Positions 49,599 to 64,000 of a DNA stretch of 64,000 nucleotides are shown one piece after another. The stretch lies in the NCBI GenBank assembly GCA_016906335.1, contig JADEYG010000012.1:1178001-1242000 (forward strand). Direction: 5' to 3'. The DNA comes from Novakomyces olei (Eukaryota). How positions within the stretch are numbered: the first letter of the stretch is position 1; each line of letters begins with the position of its first letter. Under the pieces are notes generated by a model. The model was not told the DNA's origin. It searched no databases and saw only the letters and a list, made by a program, of their open reading frames with translations. A program made the translations under genes and the position numbers.

Positions 49599-49946
49599 CT
49601 GTTCATATTTTGGATATATACCCTCACTAATTGATTTCCTCGTTCGCACCATTGTTTTATGATCAATATATACTCAAAATTTATTCGTTCGTCTTCGCGA
49701 TCGCAAACTTGTGTTCACGTACTCTTTCTTCGAACGGAGATGGGCTTCCGTGAAGCCTACTTGGAGTTTCATATTGCTCGGACCGCTGCTCTGCTAGTTT
49801 ATCTATTCATATTAATTACATTTTTCTTGAATATTTTTTTATTATTAATTTTTTGGTAAATAAAAGAGCAAAAGCTCAAACTGAATTAATATTGATCTAT
49901 TAACATACGTTCAGCGCGTAATTCATAAAATATTAATGCAATAATG

Positions 49947-51652
49947 CTATTCCTCCATCTGCAGTTCTATACACCCCGGCTGACCACCGGGAACATGCTT
50001 AAATAAAGGCTCTCTATCCGAATCCCTTTGTACCTTTTTCAGTGACGCCAGTGCCGTCTCGTAAGCCTCATGATGGCATTTAAATGTACCATTGGCCACG
50101 GTTTGCGGCTCTGTACATAATTTTTGTAATTCCGGCAGCCAGCCAAGTGCTTCTGCCAGAGCCATGCACACTGTATCGCAACTTTGAGCAAGTAATGAGA
50201 CATCGAACACGTGATGTCTAACTTCCTGCCGGCCAATGTATACCTGGGGCGTTTGTGGTGGTAAAACTGACACTATACTACTGACGGGCGCAACTTTCAA
50301 TGAAGTACCTATACACAATAACAAATCAGCGTTTGCTGCGTCGCCGTCTTCAATGAGCCTTTGCTCAAACTCGTCCGGCAGCTTTTCTCCAAAGAAGGTT
50401 ATATCTGGTTTAACGAGACCAATATGGTTTTCTTCTTCTTCTTCTTCTTCCTCCTCATCCTTATCCAATCGCGGTCGTTTAAAACGCCTCTTGAACACTT
50501 CTTGACACGCAGTACAATGCGGGACTGTGGCGCTTTCCAAATTATCTTGCACTTCAGCAAGGGGAACTTGACGTCTACAATCAATGCAAGATGCAGTGGC
50601 AAAACTGCCGTGGCATTGCACCAGCTTTTTCCTCGGCAACCCTGCATAAGTCTCGATATTGTCAATATTTTGAGTGTAATTGCGAAGCAATTTCCCCTTA
50701 TCATTAAGTAGCCGCACAAACGCGTGAGTCGGAGAAAACGTTTTCGTAGAGGGAAATACTTGCTTCGAAAATGAGTAGAATATTTCCGGCATCGCCCGGA
50801 AAACGGCTATATCGAACAGCTCTTGAGGATCGCTTAATCCCCATTTCTCCATATCAAAACGTGCGTAAATCCCGTCTTTCGAACGAAAATCTGGTATTCC
50901 TAGCGATGTACTGACACCAGCTCCCGTAAGAACGAGTATCCGACCGCTATTGCGCAAACATTTTACTACATCCTGAAATGTCCGGATATCCGGGAGCCAA
51001 ACACGACGACGTATTTCGTATTCCAAGAGCGTTTTGCATGCCCCCTCTGTATCGCCGACTGCCTCTACCACCACCGCAGGTACCCCAAACATTGTAAGAA
51101 TTTCACCATAATTGAAAGAGTAGCGTTCGAGAAACGCGTTTATTCCTAACGTTTATCAATCACTGACTTGAAGAATAAATTTTTTATAAAACGGGTGAAA
51201 AGCGTAATGATGACACAAAGTTTGCGCAAAAGCATCAGATAGATACAAATAAAAGCAGAGAAAATAAAAAGCAAAGAATAAAAAAAAAGCATACCCATTT
51301 CGTGTAATTTTTGTCTGTAATAAAGGCGGCGCTCCTGAGTTTCTGCGTCATCATCGCTATCACTATCATCTCCTTCACTAAAGTCGCTAGAATTGTAATC
51401 AGACGAAACAAATTCTGGAGATTTTAAAGGACTCTGGGACCGCGCAGGCCCGTCTACACCTTTTGGGCTATTCAAATCGGCATCTTTTGGCGATAGAGGC
51501 GAGTCTGAGGAAGCTTCGGCTTTAGCTTCAGGTTCGTGGTCGTCGACTCTCTCGGAGCTAGTCGGCTCCCCGACATTGTCGAGTTGCGACAACGGTCCCC
51601 GCGCACCGCCGTCAACAGCGCCAATCGCGGCATACTCTGACTGATCTGCCAT
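49947..51652 (-). CDS. SIR2: NAD-dependent deacetylase, Sir2/Hst1 subfamily
   Basis: LTGAGVSTSLGIPDFRS, LLRNYTQNID, QCHGSF, KPDITFFGE, GTSLKVAPV; intron 51146-51294. Confidence 0.92.
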
Positions 51653-51896
51653 TTGACGCCACAATCGCCCATAAAAACCCTAAGTTTACGCCAAACCCTG
51701 ACTTTACGCCTGGCGAGGCATCCAATTGGGTTCTTGACGCGAGTGGCTATCATATAAAACATCAATTATATAGTATAAAACTGAATCGATTCTATTATAT
51801 AAACACAGAAATTAACGAAACTTCTATAATAATTATATTTAAATGTCGAGAATATGGACAAATCCTCGTTTGATACTTTTACACAGTATTATATAA

Positions 51897-54350
<2,454 letters not shown>

Positions 54351-54371
54351 TTTTGAATACCTGAATAATGG

Positions 54372-54592
<221 letters not shown>

Positions 54593-54827
54593 CAGTATAT
54601 ATACATCTTCGCTACCTTCCGATATTTATCATACAAAATTTACGAGCGCAATTTTTCTGCTTTTGCAGCGGTACCGATTTGTCGATTTACTATGATATCT
54701 TTTGCAACACCTTAGCCTACAGGTCAATTGATCCTACACGCTCTTTCCTTCAACAGTGGCGATCCGTTTAAAGCATTCTGTATCAGGCCTTTCCTTTAAA
54801 TATAAGTTTTGCTTCATTCAGCAACGC

Positions 54828-55733
54828 CTACGAGCTGCAGAAAATGATCCAGGCAAGTGCAAAATAATAGAGACACAATGGGTAAATAGCCAGCAGTTTC
54901 CGACTGGGCAAATTAGAGTTGTGTACGACTCCGAGAGCAGCAAATAGAGTCCAGGCGTACATAGACACGGTGAGGGGTAATTTTACAAACCAGAGTTTCA
55001 CAAAAACCCCAACAAAAGCAGCGATAACAAGAGGCGCTGTAGCATAACCCAAAATGCATACAGTCTGGAAAAAACTGAGACTGGCGCCTAATAAGCCAAT
55101 GTTAACTGTACACACTGCCTGGCCGAACCATACGAGAGAAAAGATTCCAGTAAAAACTAGCGAGCTCTGTGAGGGCGGTGCAGTAAAGGATAAGAATAAA
55201 GAAAGGCCCAGCGAGAATAACAGTGGGCCCCACAAATCCCCTGGTTATTAGTATTCGTAGACTCGAGTAATTTCATAATTTTAAATGGTTCGAGCCTCTT
55301 TTTCTCGACCATTTTCCACATGAATTTTGAATTTCTCGATCCTTACATTCGCGCAACACTTGAGCATTGCGGGGGTATAGAACGTAAACAAGCTTACGGC
55401 CAATTGCCTTTGCGTCGTTGGTCTAATAGTTAGAGACAAGTATCGAAAGTAGGAAGTATGAAAGACAAGAGCAGAGTTTCTACTCACAATTGTAGTCAAA
55501 ACCGGTTCTTCCAACGTGTTTAGGTTGCGATTAATACGATCACGAACTTCTTCATTGCCTCCAATTGGTCCTCCGCCGCGATCAAACACAGAGGCCGAAG
55601 ACGTTCCGCTATATGGCGGAGGAGCAGTCTTTTTGGGTCCCGAATTGCCTCCTTCATACAATGGGTCCATCTCATCTAATGCCTGCTGCTCATCCGGCTC
55701 GATCGTCGCGTCATAACGACCGTAGCTTGCCAT
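54828..55733 (-). CDS. YIP4: Yip1-family protein (Yip4/YIPF6-like)
   Basis: Introns 55423-55487 and 55241-55346 give NTLEEPVLTTI/TNDAKAIGRKLVYVLYP..LRE/WDLWGPL; SFFQTVCILGY. Confidence 0.85.
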
Positions 55734-55818
55734 GGCAAAAGTGCTGATCGAGGTGTATTGTATTTAGTTTCATCCAGCCGCCATTTAATAGTAATGATAC
55801 CAATAATAACGATAATTA

Positions 55819-56013
55819 CAATAATTACAATAATTACAATAATAACAATAATTACAATAATTACAATAATTACAATAATTACAATAATTACAATAATTAC
55901 AATAATTACAATAATTACAATAATTACAATAATTACAATAATTACAATAATTACAATAATTACAATAATTACAATAATATAATTACAATAATTACAATAA
56001 TTACAATAATTAC
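55819..56013. repeat. (ACAATAATT)n 9-bp tandem repeat
   Basis: Visible array upstream of YIP4. Confidence 0.95.
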
Positions 56014-56619
56014 AGTATGAATAAAATCTACCGGATAAACAGCACGCGTGAGCGCGCAACGCCAACAACATAAAGACGTGTTGAAATTCATAATCAATAG
56101 CAAAGCAGATGTCTCGATCGCTTACGTACAGCACAAGCGGCAGATATAAAAAAACGACTACAAACTTCTCACATTAAACTGCGCCGTAAAACATCACGAT
56201 TTGGATTAAAACCTTCAAAATAGGTAACACATTGTCTTGGGATATCAAGTATCTATGCATCGCAAAACAACGTATTCCAAGATGTCTTGTGTATCTATGT
56301 ATTGGTACTGGTCTTGGCTCTTTTGCATAGTTCTAATTACAATTAACGCTACCGCTATCCAGTTAACTTTTGAACGACTCTACTCGTCTTGCAAAGACAT
56401 GAATGTGACCCACAAAGGGTATTATAATATTATAGAGGTTTGAAATAAACAAATGTACACTATGCGCAAAAATACAACTGTATGAAATATAAACAGAGAA
56501 GTAAAACCCGTACCAGACAAAAGAGAAGCGCATAAAAACGGAGACTAATTTAATAAAATAATAATTAAATGAAATAAAATTGTACAGGTGAAAAAGTGAT
56601 CAAATAACGTGGATGTTTA

Positions 56620-57605
56620 CTAGCGCAGCGTCGCTAGAGGTGCGGCAGGCTTTGCTTCCTGTACACGTCGATCACGCGGACGGAAAAGCGAACCCCAGCG
56701 AATAGCTGCCCGTCCCTGTTTTTGCGGTTTGAGCGCTTCAGTGGTCAGGTCGACGTCATCAAACCCTCCATTTTCTGGAGGCGAAGATTCTAATGACCGA
56801 TCATCGTATTCGTCTTCATGCAAGGGCGGCTGCTGTTGCCGCGGCGGAGAATAAGAGGCCCAAGTGGGGAAAACGTCCATTGAGCGCCTAACACTGCCTA
56901 AAGTGCTGTTGCTGTTGACGGGGCGACTAGCTGTTATATCAAAGGACCTTCTGTACCCGTCAAATGATTCACGACTAATATTGAATTGGTCCTGCATGGA
57001 AACCGTATCGGACCGACGATCTCGAGACCCCGTTTTAGCTGAGCGTATATAGGAATCTTTTTCTGGTGACGGCTAAAACATGAGTAAATGACCAAAGCGA
57101 TAAAGTATTTGCCAGATGTGGACGCTCTAATCGATATTGGCAGACAAAGTCGGCACATTCAAATCCTATACTCGAATTGAATGCGCAAACACAAGGAAAA
57201 AAGAAAACAAATACTCATTATTCAAAAATATAGACAAGCAGCGAGCTAGCGCGGGCAAAAAGCATGATAATAATTATTGAACAAAACTTACCGGCATATA
57301 GACACCCGAATCGATAGCTAGGCAGCCAGTTAGTATAAAATGTCTCCAAATAAAAAGGCGACATTGACGGCCACCGCTCCAATTGTGTAGATTCCCAAAG
57401 ACTTACTGCTCAATTTATAATCGGTCTCAGACCGCGATGACCGCGACGATCTTTTACTGATAGGCCGAGACAATGATTTCGTTATTAGATCCGATTTAAG
57501 AGAGCCATCGAGGCTGGAATCGTTTGCGGACGGTAATTCTTCCGCATCGTGTACTACCGCCGACGGCGAAGAGCCGCGTTTAAACCACGTCTTTAGCGCC
57601 GTCAT
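56620..57605 (-). CDS. Conserved uncharacterised fungal protein (3 exons, 26-nt middle exon)
   Basis: Introns 57318-57406 and 57073-57291 give YKLS/TIDSGVYMP/PSPEKD...FNISRESFDGYRRSFDI. Confidence 0.7.
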
Positions 57606-58260
57606 TTGTGACGAAAAATTTGATGTGTGATTGGAGGTCGAGCGGCCGTGTCGTTTCTGCGAACTACGAGAACTCTGAGACTCGGCACCCGCCCTTTGCG
57701 ATTATAATCGTTTTATATTTATTATTTCCAAATGGGCCCTGATTAGGCATTAAATGTACGTTACTTGGCTGGCGTCAGTTAAATTAGGCGCCTGTGCTAT
57801 ATCCCATGGAAATAGACTCCACATTATTACTCGGTTATACTTTCTTGAGCCGTCGTTATTCGGTCCGAATCAAGGCTGACTATAATTAAATGAATTACAT
57901 GATTATTGTTAGCGCAGGTATACGAGCAAGTAATGATAGTAAAATAACATTAAATGACAGTAAATAACAAAAAATAAAACAATAGAGAACAAAAAACAAA
58001 CAATAATAGTATAAATGATTAATAAAATATAAGAACAGAGATAATATTAAATCCAATATGAACAAAAAATGAGGACGAGCATATTGGACTGACTCATCAA
58101 AGAAAGACTTGCTAAAAAACCTGTGCAATGAACGACCAAGGAGTCTTTTTATTGTTGAAGAATCATTCTCATGGTATACTGTTTCATACTATATCAAGTA
58201 GACAACTTTCTATAAATAAACCGGAATATCTAAAATAATCAATCTTAACGCCTGGTATCT

Positions 58261-60525
58261 CTACTTCTCCCTCTTGATTCCGCGTAAAGCAGTAACGGAA
58301 TTCTCAGCACCAGGCACACGGCCCGTCTCAATCGCGAGCATCCGTGCCAAATCAGGTGCGTCCCAGTAGCAGCTATGAGCTGTAATCATGGAAACATACT
58401 GATTGTCTAGCAGTCCCCCGGGCTGGTAAACATAGTCAATCTGCCCATTCTCATTTAATAGATTTAGTTGCCTCTCCGCCAATGCTTCACGATTAAAATC
58501 GTGTGTCTCTAGCTCAAATACACCTTTACGAGGCCGCTTGTGCTCAAACGAAATGGCTGAAGAAGCGTTTCGCAAAGAAGTCGCCAATGATTCAAAAAGT
58601 GTAGCGTTTCCAGTCGGTACTGGAGTTGGAGGTAATTGCCTCGCATACTCTGCATCCACAGCCGGACAAAGCCGATAAGCAATTGGATCGTATGCGTGAA
58701 ATATATTGTAAAGCTGACGTACCGCTGCACACCCATACCTTCCTTGTTCCGACCAAGATTCTACACTTGAGCCAGTAGCATTATTATCGACGCTTATTGC
58801 AGGTTCTGACGGAGACGGGTCGTTTGATTTTGAATCTTTCAATTTTGAGTCTTCCCTATGGAAATCACCCTTTTTCCTGCTTGAAAGATCCATTCCGGAC
58901 CGTGGAATAAGACTAGCGTTTGATAATAGCAGAAACACACCAAGTGGTGATCCCATGCAAAAGTAGCAAACAGTATCAAACGCAAAGTGACGGTCTTGCT
59001 CTTCGCCCTGTGTACCACTATTGCGATTAAAGGAAGATTCCTTTGTAACGACTGGTGCAGTAGCAACATTTGTCGGCTGGTTACACAATACATCAAAGGA
59101 AAGAGCACTCCCCAGACTGTGACCTACAATATGCACTCGACCATTCTCGGAAAACCCTGGATTGTGCTGGCAAAAAAGGCGGTATACCCTGTTAGCCTCC
59201 TGCACAACAGCTTTGCGCATCCTATCTTTTGTTCTGTCCGACATGTAGTAAGGCACATCGAGTAAAACGTCGCTCATCAGACCTCTAATAGCCGGAATGC
59301 CCTCTATAGTGATATCCTCCAGGCCAAACTTGTTTGTATTACTCCGGGAAAACCGCCCGTCTTCCTCATCGAGTACAAGGTTAGTTCGCCAGTTTACAGG
59401 AAGAACTTGTGGACGAAATTCGGGCCGCAAATGAGGCTGCATTGAAGGCGCCGCTATTTCTCTCATCATCAACGCTCTGAACCGTGTAATTGCGTGAGTG
59501 AAATTAAACGATTCTACCCGCTCCGACAACTTTTGTCCAATTCCGTGAACGATCAAAATGAGATCGGATACGGGCTGATTCATGTTATGCGGCGAAACGC
59601 TCCGTTTGCTCTGCTTTTGGTTGGATTTGTCCTTTTTATCCTTATTTTTATCATTATTATGCTGATGCTGATGATCATGGTGCTGCTTCTGTGACTCTGT
59701 ACCCTGCTTGTTCACCGCAATCTCTGTATCGCCCGGATCACTGACGTCATAGCTGCGGTAGACGAGTATACCGTCAATACTATCGCCGCGTTTTATGGCG
59801 GCAAAAATGCTCTTTTGCAGCCGACGCGTAAAGCTCTTCGTAATAATATAAGCCTGCCTCGAGTTCTCATAGAGTACGTATCGGCGCGTATCCTTGTCGT
59901 CATAATTATGTAGCGGTACGCGTAGCTTTTCCTGTGCATCTTCCCCGATAGCTCTTGCACTATTAAGCTCGTCCTGGTACGTGCGAGACCAAGCACGGAC
60001 ATCAACGAATCCACGCTCTAGCGACTGAGCGAGATCCGCGTCTACGGGAGTCATTGTATCAGCATAAAACCAGGTGCCTCTCACTACGGGCCCACAGTCG
60101 ATTGAACTGGGCCGTGGCCGCCAGTAAAGGGGCATTAACACGCTCCGTGCAACGTCAACAACGTGTAACTTTTCACCTCCAACGGTAACGAGCCATTTCA
60201 GATCTGACGTTTGCGCATCGTAAAGTGACATATCAACAGCCGCGGATCCATCGCCTGTAGAGACCTTGTCGGCCACGTCAAACTGCGATACCTGTGGAGG
60301 CGGGTCTTTGCTGCCTTTCTTGTCTTGCTCAGCGGTCGCTTGGAACAGTTGGTACCGCGACTCTATCTCTGCCGATTCTTCAGCGGAAAAGGCCGACCAT
60401 TGCGGTCGGGCGCTTAGGAGAGAAGAGAAGCTGTTTGCTGCCTGCGAGGTGCTGCTGTAAATGTCCAACGGACTGGAATAGAACCATCGGCAGCTGAGGA
60501 CTGGGGTATCGTCTTTGTGTGCCAT
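58261..60525 (-). CDS. DDL1: DDHD-domain phospholipase A1
   Basis: VHGIGQ, LPVNWR, GHSLGS lipase motif, GSPLG, YNIFHAYDPIAYRL, AHSCYW. Confidence 0.9.
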   Translation of the reverse strand: MAHKDDTPVLSCRWFYSSPLDIYSSTSQAANSFSSLLSARPQWSAFSAEESAEIESRYQLFQATAEQDKKGSKDPPPQVSQFDVADKVSTGDGSAAVDMSLYDAQTSDLKWLVTVGGEKLHVVDVARSVLMPLYWRPRPSSIDCGPVVRGTWFYADTMTPVDADLAQSLERGFVDVRAWSRTYQDELNSARAIGEDAQEKLRVPLHNYDDKDTRRYVLYENSRQAYIITKSFTRRLQKSIFAAIKRGDSIDGILVYRSYDVSDPGDTEIAVNKQGTESQKQHHDHQHQHNNDKNKDKKDKSNQKQSKRSVSPHNMNQPVSDLILIVHGIGQKLSERVESFNFTHAITRFRALMMREIAAPSMQPHLRPEFRPQVLPVNWRTNLVLDEEDGRFSRSNTNKFGLEDITIEGIPAIRGLMSDVLLDVPYYMSDRTKDRMRKAVVQEANRVYRLFCQHNPGFSENGRVHIVGHSLGSALSFDVLCNQPTNVATAPVVTKESSFNRNSGTQGEEQDRHFAFDTVCYFCMGSPLGVFLLLSNASLIPRSGMDLSSRKKGDFHREDSKLKDSKSNDPSPSEPAISVDNNATGSSVESWSEQGRYGCAAVRQLYNIFHAYDPIAYRLCPAVDAEYARQLPPTPVPTGNATLFESLATSLRNASSAISFEHKRPRKGVFELETHDFNREALAERQLNLLNENGQIDYVYQPGGLLDNQYVSMITAHSCYWDAPDLARMLAIETGRVPGAENSVTALRGIKREK

Positions 60526-61250
60526 TGGATACTAGCCGGCTCTAGGCTTGTACTCGTTTTTACGCGTACAAAAACAATTGAGACACGCTCTGCCGCGATA
60601 CCGTGACTGACTGCCAACTCTTGTTTAACGCATCAACGTCATCTTAGATATGGCAATGACGTTGAGGTCGTTTACATTGCTTCGCGTCATGATCACATGC
60701 GTCTAATTTTGTATAGGGTTTTCGAACGTATACATACAATTTGTAGTCGTGGAGTAGTGTATTATGGCGAGAGAGTAAACTATAAATTATACACAAACTT
60801 AGGTTTAGGGTTAATCCCCTATTAACCTCATTACAGTGAACAGGAGAGCATTTACAAACAACATTATTATGAGGCTCTTAATTAGCGCGTGTTTTGCAGT
60901 AAACATTGTGGCAGAAGGCAGTTGTGCCCTTTTACCTTTTTGCTGTAGCAAGCATATTGTAATTACAGTGTCGATGTACACTGCAGAAGTTGAGACGTCG
61001 ACAAATTTGCCGGATAATGCTCATATAGCGCTCGTCTCATATAAATAATGAACAGTTGACATTTATTCGATTACTTATACTTTATAGCATCACATACTAG
61101 GCGCTTCCTGTAGATATGACAACGATATAGTCAGGAATTCGAGGGTTTTCTTGAGACGATAAGAAGAGATTTTTGGATGATTATTCTAATATATATAATA
61201 TGCTTCGCAGCGCCAAATAAAAAAAAAGACAAGCTGCAAAACGAATCAAA

Positions 61251-63249
61251 ATGTGTGGTAAGTCTACCTGGAATCTGTTTATGCCCAATTGGATGCTAAC
61301 GATCTCAAGGTATATGCGCCGTACATCATTACCAGGGCGATATTCGCGCCTTCAAGCCACAGGCGCTGGCCATGTCGAAGCTAATCCGGCACCGTGGTCC
61401 GGACTGGTCGGGCAACGTGATCCGTAACCATACTATTCTTTGTCATGAACGGTAAGCCTCTTCGTTCTTGATTGCTTTTATTTTTCCTTTTGGGTTTGCT
61501 CCTTTGTTTTTGCTCCTTTGTCAAGTACTTCTCGTGTCGATTTATCATATTCTTTTGTTATTTTGACTACGGTTGGTATTCGACTTTGTGATCTTTTCTG
61601 TTCTATTCGAATGCAGCAAACGCTTTTAGTTTAAGTTGCGTTTCTATTCTTTACTTTAAACCAAATACAAGAGTCCTTTTTAATCACTCAGTCTGGCTAT
61701 CGTCGGTGTGGACTCGGGAGCGCAACCGCTCGTTTCTGATGATGAATCTCTGTTTCTCGCTGTCAATGGCGAAATATACAACTATGCCGCTCTTCGCAAA
61801 GGCTTAAAAGGAGACTATAAGTTCAAAACAAAATCTGACTGTGAAGTCATCATGTACTTGTACCGGGAGCACGACCTGGACTGTGCCAAACTACTAGACG
61901 GTATGTTCTCTTTTGTCCTCTATGACGAGAAAAAAGATCGAATTGTTGCCGCACGGGACCCCGTGGGCATTACCACGCTCTACCAAGGTTGGGACACAAA
62001 GAACCCTGGTGCTACTTATTTTGCCTCAGAGGTCAAATGTCTACAGGACACTTGTGACAAGGTTATTTCTTTCCCGCCAGGCCACATTTATGATTCAGCT
62101 ACAAACACGACAACTCGCTACTTCAACCCTTCGTGGTTCGATGGCGCACGAGTCCCGACAACGCCAGTGGACTATAAGCTGTTGCGTGAAACTCTGGAGG
62201 CAGCTGTGCGCAAGCGTTTAATGAGCGAAGTGCCATATGGTGTTCTTCTCTCTGGCGGTCTGGATTCCAGTTTGATTGCAGCAATTGCTGCTCGTGAGAC
62301 CGAGCGTGTAACTCACGCTCAAATGCTCAACCGTCAGAACAACAGCATTGTGGATGAGCGTGCTACTCTGGCTGCCTGGCCACAGCTTCATTCTTTTGCT
62401 ATCGGTCTGCCTGGATCACCAGATCTATTGGCAGCTCGTGATGTGGCCAATTACTTGGGTACAATTCACCACGAGCATACGTTTACCTTGCAGGAGGGCA
62501 TTGATGCTCTTCAGGATTGTATTTACCACCTTGAATCCTTTGATGTTACCACTATTCGGGCCAGTACGCCCATGTATCTACTGAGCCGAAAAATTAAAGC
62601 TCAGGGCGTCAAGATGGTACTGTCCGGCGAGGGCAGTGACGAGATTTTTGGTGGCTACTTGTACTTTGCTGCAGCTCCAGACGCAGCAGCCTTCCATGCT
62701 GAGTCTGTGCAACGTGTAAAGAACCTGCATTTGGCCGACAACTTGCGGGCAAACAAGTCTACAATGGCCTGGGGCTTGGAAGCACGCATCCCGTTCCTGG
62801 ACAAGGCCTTTTTGGAGGTGGCCATGAACATTCATCCAGAGGAAAAAATGCATATCAATGGTCGCAAGGAAAAGTATATTTTGCGTCGGGCCTTTGATAC
62901 CAGTGACGATCCCTCTGCCAAGCCTTATCTCCCCAAGGAAATCTTATGGCGTCAAAAGGAACAATTCTCCGATGGTGTCGGTTACAGCTGGATCGACTGT
63001 TTAAAGGATACTGCAGAGGCAACAATCTCTGATGAGGAGTTTGCCACTCCGCGTCCGGGATGGGGCTCTGATCGGCCGCCGACAAAGGAGGCCTACTGGT
63101 ATCGTAAAATGTTTGATAACGTGTTCAAGCCACAGTGCGTCGATACCGTTGCCCGCTGGATTCCCAAAGCCGAATGGGGCTGTGATGCTGATCCTTCGGG
63201 ACGCAGCCAAAAGACGCATAATGCCTACAACGGGGAAAAGCCGCAGTAG
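61251..63249 (+). CDS. ASN1: Glutamine-hydrolysing asparagine synthetase
   Basis: MC/GICA...RHRGPDWSG...HER/LAIVG; introns 61258-61309 and 61452-61691; [23 protein letters not shown]. Confidence 0.96.
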
Positions 63250-63600
63250 GTAGACGTGGGGGAAAAAAAAAGAAAAAGTAAAAAGTAAAGAAAAAGGAAC
63301 GAGTAATCGGCCGTCAATGATTGTCTATTTCTATTTGTATCGAATAAAGTCGAATATAAAATGGAAAAATTAAAAGGAAAAAGAGCTGGAAATCGAATTG
63401 TACGCGAATATCAAGTACATGCATGGAGTAATACAAAATGCCTTGCTTGGGATATAGACATATAAAACAGGTTTTATGTAAGCATACTATAATACACTGT
63501 AATTAGCAATTTTCGTCAAGTACCAGGTTCTCGTCCTCGCCGTATTCTCATTTTTCCAGCCTAGAAAGCCACGAAACCCACATTCTGACCATCTCAAACT

Positions 63601-64000
63601 CTACTCTGCCTTTAGAATTGCGAGAGCACTCTCCATTTTTTCCAGTGTACGTTCTGCTTCATGATCAGTGAGAGCTGTTGCCAAAAAGACTTGGCATTTT
63701 CCCGATGCTTCCACAATTTCTCGGTGGAGCAGGGCTCCAGTTGCATGGTACTGCTCTGGTAGCTCTGGCGCGGCCCTCGAATTCATCGGCGACTGCCTCT
63801 GGATAGAAGCAGAGTCCAACGAAATCCTTGACGGTCTAGTGCTCATTAATCTTGAGCCTCGCTGGCCTTGGAAGACTCCAGGCATTGAAGCCGATCTCCG
63901 TACTGGACCCACCTCTGCTCTAACTGTACTATAGTCCTCTGAGTAGTGGGAGAGACTGCTGGATTTTTGTACTCTGTCGCGGAGTGCTCTCAAGTCATCG
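63601..64000 (-). CDS. 3' end of an unidentified protein entering from outside the window
   Basis: Open frame to the window edge with Ser/Arg-rich coding-like sequence; exact end uncertain if spliced. Confidence 0.5.
   Translation of the reverse strand, partial: DDLRALRDRVQKSSSLSHYSEDYSTVRAEVGPVRRSASMPGVFQGQRGSRLMSTRPSRISLDSASIQRQSPMNSRAAPELPEQYHATGALLHREIVEASGKCQVFLATALTDHEAERTLEKMESALAILKAE

Overview
Gene-dense genomic DNA from an ascomycete fungus (standard code, many short GT-AG introns with the branch site close to the 3' end, frequent AAG acceptors). About 33 protein-coding genes can be reconstructed by hand-splicing. Most are housekeeping genes: NAT1, TAP42, PRP11, BUD31, RRP40, PUS4, TVP38, XAP5, RMP1, INO1, TRM12, SSP120, RPL21, RVS167, VPS41, GSY1, SFT2, RCF3, SIR2, CEF1, YIP4, DDL1, ASN1. 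There is also a possible guanidino-compound/nitrogen island (two Zn2Cys6 factors, a ureohydrolase, MATE and MFS transporters) and several long AT-rich microsatellites. The most notable element is invisible in the ORF track: a spliced non-coding unit at about 19.8-20.9 kb carrying five box C/D snoRNAs (snR41, snR70, snR51 and two with no S. cerevisiae counterpart known to me), apparently one per intron. Two of its introns abut (AG|GT, a possible zero-length exon or recursive splice site), and a candidate last acceptor falls directly on the ATG of exosome subunit RRP40. Gene and rRNA-target assignments come from recalled conserved motifs; no database search was run.
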